From Camelus dromedarius (taxonomy: Eukaryota), in the NCBI RefSeq assembly GCF_036321535.1, contig NC_087438.1, forward strand, positions 2,606,001-2,670,000: a stretch of DNA of 64,000 nucleotides, written 5' to 3'. The translations under genes were made by a program, and so were the position numbers. How positions within the stretch are numbered: position 1 is the first letter of the stretch; the number at the start of each line of letters is the position of its first letter. This document shows, one piece after another, positions 59,716 through 64,000 of this stretch. The notes under the pieces are model-generated. The model made no database searches. It was not told the DNA's origin and saw only the letters and a list, made by a program, of their open reading frames with translations.

Positions 59716-62700
59716 CCAGCCTTCCGTTAGCCCAGCACAGGCCCACGCGCCCTGAAGCCCTCACAGCCAACGCTGGACGTGCGTAACAGAGCTTGTGAGA
59801 GTCCCCCTGCAGAATCGCACGACCTGGCAAGCTCTCATTCAGAATGTTTCAAGAACTGATTCAGTAATTGGAAAATAAAGACACAAAGACACAGATTCTT
59901 ATCTTCTTAAGAGTTCATTTTGGAAAGACAGAGGGCCAGGTATGATACTGTTAATCTAAGAGCCCCCCCCCAAAAGCTGCAGCTGTAATGCTGGGGTCAA
60001 ATTCTTTAGTAATGTGCTTGGAAACTCTTTAAGGTGGAAAGAAAAAAAGTGTTTTTAATACTGTTAATTACTATCTTTGTACTTTTCTGACTCGTGCAGA
60101 AGAATTCACGGCTAACCTTACCCAAGAGCAATTTAGATAATAAGACTTGAGATTCATTGTTCACATGTTTGTGACTTTAACAGTCTGAGATAGTTGGTAA
60201 ACTGCCCAAAAAAAGGGAAATGCTTTTAAGCTGAATGGCAAGAGGATAAAGTTGGACCATTTATATTCATGTTATCTTTTTCCTTCCCGACTCACTTCAA
60301 GATGTGTGAATTGGGTCAATGCCCAGATACTTTTAAATTCAGAGATTTTTAAATAAAAGCAGCTCATATTTGGACTGGGTTTAGAGTGGAATCCTCAGTC
60401 TGATCCGCTGCCTGCTTTTGTGCTCTGCTAGAGAGAAGGCTCAGTTTACTCTCCGGTCTCTCAACCATCGGTCAACATTTCTTATGTCTAAGATATGATT
60501 TGATTTCCTCTCTAAAGCCTCACCAAGTAAAGTAAGTCAAAATAAGCAAATAAACAAAGCACACCCAATTTATTTGGGATGATCTTTGTTCACTGAAAAT
60601 CACACCCAGAAATGGCCGTTCCACACGGGAAGGAGGAGTCAGGTCTGGGAAAATCCGCAAATTCAGATGTAAGGGAATCTCCCCAGTCAGCCCGGCGTCC
60701 GTCAGCACCTTTTCAGGACGCTCAGCGGAGCCGCAGAGACGAGGTAACCATACCTGTTAGCTGCAGGCTACGCACCGCGGGAGGGCCGGCTTACGGGGTT
60801 TCAATTTGGGCCAAGGGGAATCACTTATTCGCTTGTCAGATGAGAAACCCAACAGGAGACGCAGGAGAGGGGAGATCATGTCCTGGGGCCATGTCTGTAG
60901 TCACTGTCACCAAATTCAAATCGGCTAAAAGGCAACAGTCTGGAGTCAATGCCCAGCCATCCTGAAAATGACGAGAACTAGCTCGGTTTCTGTTTCTTGA
61001 TTGTGAATGGACAGAAAAAAAAAATGAAGACGTGACATCTTAAAGGAGAAGACACAAACAAAGGAGTTTTATTTAGTCAACGTAAAAGACAGCCATAGCC
61101 TCTCAGGGAGACCCCTCTGTCCTGGGCTGGGCCCCTTGGAAACCCTTCACCGTGCCAGAGTCTCTCTCCTGCATCTGCAGTTGGAATTCTCGATGGGAAA
61201 GACACAGAGTCGCATTTCCTCCCTACGCGGATTCTTGTCACCAGACCGCTTTGGGTTCGAGTTTCCCTTTACGCGGCCGCCCAGACGCACTCCTGCTCAC
61301 ATCTCTGTGTTCACTGGAAACCTTTCTGCCCCAGTGGACGGCTCCAGGCGTTGCAGTCATTCCAGTAGGTGCGGCCCGGCGCTTGCCGGGGAAAACCCAG
61401 GCGAAGATGAGCCAGGACACACAGTCCTCGAGGAGGGAGGGCTGTGGGCCGCACGCATGCAGGGGCGTCCAGAAAGTCCTCTGACCGCGGGCTCCCGTTT
61501 CAGGGTGGTGCGCGATCCGGGGACCCACTCAGTTCCACCTGTCACGGAAACACTGACTTACGTGGGAAGATGGGGAGTGGTATGCGGAATTTTACTTTAA
61601 AATCAGCTGGATCCTAATGCCTGCCTGTGTCAAGGGATACGTATGTATTAAAGTCTTCAAAGCATCCTCTCTTCCTCAGTAACCTGCCCCCGAGAGTCGT
61701 AACTCAGTGCGGGAGGCCGTCTCCATGTGTAACCTAACTTCTTCACGCTGTCATTCTAACTCACGTCCTTTCGTTCTGCCTTCGGTCAGATGTAAGAACA
61801 CCAGCTCCCCACATTCCATGGAGGAGTGTTGGTGTGTTTTAAATGCAAGTACTGAATCATTTTCAGCCATTTCTTCTTCATGTTAAATAAGCCTACCGTC
61901 CAGTGTTCTGCAGGGAGCGCGCCTTCATCTTCCGACGTGACGTGGTGGCCTCAGGAAGGTGTTCCAGCTGCTCTGCGGGTCAGGGCAACAGACCCAGGAC
62001 CTTTCTGACCAGCAATCACCAACCCTCCTTCTTGTCTGCACCCTTCATACCATTGGGTTGGGACTTCAGAGGGAGTAAACATGGGAAGAATTCAGATCCT
62101 AACCAGAGTTCTTGACAGTATCCGGGGGAGAGGGTGTGTTGGCACCAGGGGCTGGGTCATCTGCTCGTGGACCTCTCAGTGCCATGGAGGGAGGTCTGTG
62201 GGCTTCACTCCAGTTGCCCACCTTCCTCGCCTGCCCCTGATGACTGAATGGCTACCTCCTGGGGCTTTGCCGGGCACCAGGGTGGGGAGAAGGGAGCTCC
62301 CACAGCGCTGGCCTGGACGGGCAGCATCTCCTCTATCTACCTGCTGTCAGCAAAGGATCCACCAGGGCAAGGTTTCCTGGACCTGTCAGGGGGGTGGACT
62401 AGAACCCTCATCAGAGAAGGGCTCCTGACAGGGGTGAGCCGGGGTGCAGTGTACATCCGGGGACATTCAGCTGTGGTGGTGGTGGCTGCGACAGCAGGCG
62501 TCCCCGAGAGTAAACGGAGGGGGACAGGTTGGTCTTTAACAGGTGGGTCTGTGCACCTTGTAGCATGCTTCCTCTCATAACTATTTACACTCCCTGTTAC
62601 CTGGTGCCTCCCAGTCATCTGTTCTTCTCATTCGTTCACGAATTTGGGTCCCTAGTAAGCAAGCACTTACTGTATAATATGAGTCTCAAGATTACATAAA

Positions 62701-63624
62701 ACACCGTGCAGCCTTCCTGCACTTTGGGTTTAGGATGAGGTGAGGAGGCTCAAAGCCAAATTAGAGAGAAAGGGTCAAGCCAGACAGGTGGCACCTGGAG
62801 ACCAGGGCGATCTGGGGCCAGGCTGGTCTCCAGGTGGAAGGAGCCCCCAGCCTAGCACCAGTCCCCCCACTAGGATGCTGGCAGGACAGACAGGGCCACA
62901 AGTGTGCAAGGCTTCTGTTCAGAACAGTGTGGGCGAAAAGCCCTGTGTCTGCAGAGACCATCCGTGTAAAAATCCAGTTTTGCAGGAGACCAGTTGGAAC
63001 CCCCAAAGAACTAATTTATAAATTGGGAAGCGCCTGGCTGGGTTGGCGTCAGGACTTGAGTCACAGCTCTTGGCCGCATCTGCCATCTCTGGACCCTTCA
63101 TCTCTCTGCAGCTGGAAAACACTGAGATCTGTGTACATGGCAAGACTCAATAAAAAGTGAGGACAAGTTAAGAGAAGACTCAAGGGGTAGGGCTATTTAG
63201 AGTTGTTCTGAGAATCTTTGGAGATAAAATACCTTCCATGGAGTACATGGCCTTTCAGAAAATTGGGAGGCACGGACTGAACCAGACGTAACCCTGCGTC
63301 TGTCAGCAGCAGACAGCAGTGGGATCCCCACTGATTAAGGGCGCCCATCCTGGAGCATCTCCAAGACGCACTGAGTGAGCAGGATTCCAGAATCGGGAGC
63401 TGACAACTCCTACCTCCCTTACATTCTCCTCGTCTGATCTCAACTTGCCTGTGCCCTTACAACCTTAAAGAGAAGTTGCTTAAACAATCTACGTGGCGCT
63501 CTTATAAAACTCCCCAAGTACCCATTAAAATATGAAGGAAGACACATAAAACCTACTACTATAAAAACAGCTATTGATAATCTAATTTGGTGTGTTTTGA
63601 CACTTCATCTCCCACCCCCGACCA

Positions 63625-63700
63625 AAAAAAAAAAAAAACATTTGAGGCAAAGATCTATGTGCAAATGACTTTTTACTGAGTGTCCCCAGGAGAAATGAAA
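63625..63700. mobile_element. Possible ERVL-class LTR relic
   Basis: tgaggcaaagatctatgtgcaaatgactt..gtccccaggag resembles the same LTR terminus as 22041-22260. Confidence 0.3.
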
Positions 63701-64000
63701 ACTGTTAAGGGTCCTCTTTATCGCAGGGTCTAGTCTTGAGCTTTATCTGTCTAATCACGAAGCAGCAAGGCTATAACATGAGACATGGACTTAAAAACAG
63801 CTGTTGGCGTAGAGCTGAGTCTCCACGGTGGGGCTGGTGGTCTCAGGGTGGGGGCAGTTAGACACCCAGGGGCCCTTCTCAAACTGCAGAGGTGGCTGCT
63901 TCCAGGCATCCCGTCCCGGCTGGCAGCACCGAGGGAGGGTTGCCAGTTCGGAGCCTGTTCAGTGACACTGGGACACCAGGATGTGGCGGAAAGGGTGTGC

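Noticed and set aside
1..64000. Naming the locus or a neighbouring gene
   Set aside because: The motif-dense blocks suggest a developmental-gene regulatory landscape, but no exon or sequence was recognised well enough to name it. BLASTN of 3820-4560 and 14540-15445 against human would settle this.

Overview
Mammalian genomic DNA, most likely from a camelid (alpaca, llama or camel). That call is inferred from two Vic-1-type tRNA-derived SINEs and the absence of recognisable Alu, B1, Bov-tA, PRE-1 or Can-SINE copies. No protein-coding gene could be confidently identified, and the six-frame ORFs are chance ORFs in GC-rich DNA, simple repeats or L1 ORF2 remnants. The window looks like a GC/CpG-rich intergenic or large-intron tract. 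It holds about 12 5'-truncated L1 ends (several with TSDs, two with twin-priming 5' inversions), MaLR/ERVL solo LTRs, MIR/L2/MER5 relics, microsatellites and a 32-unit interstitial telomere-like array. Several repeat-free, motif-dense AT-rich blocks resemble conserved non-coding enhancers of a developmental-gene locus. The best leads are the variant-rich telomeric array (32255-32446), a protein-like frame at 13182-13334 resembling the C-terminal part of a non-LTR reverse transcriptase or a terminal exon, a duplicated AATATGACAAT module, and three consecutive inverted repeats at 15311-15391. Repeat family names come from recalled consensus features, not from a database search.
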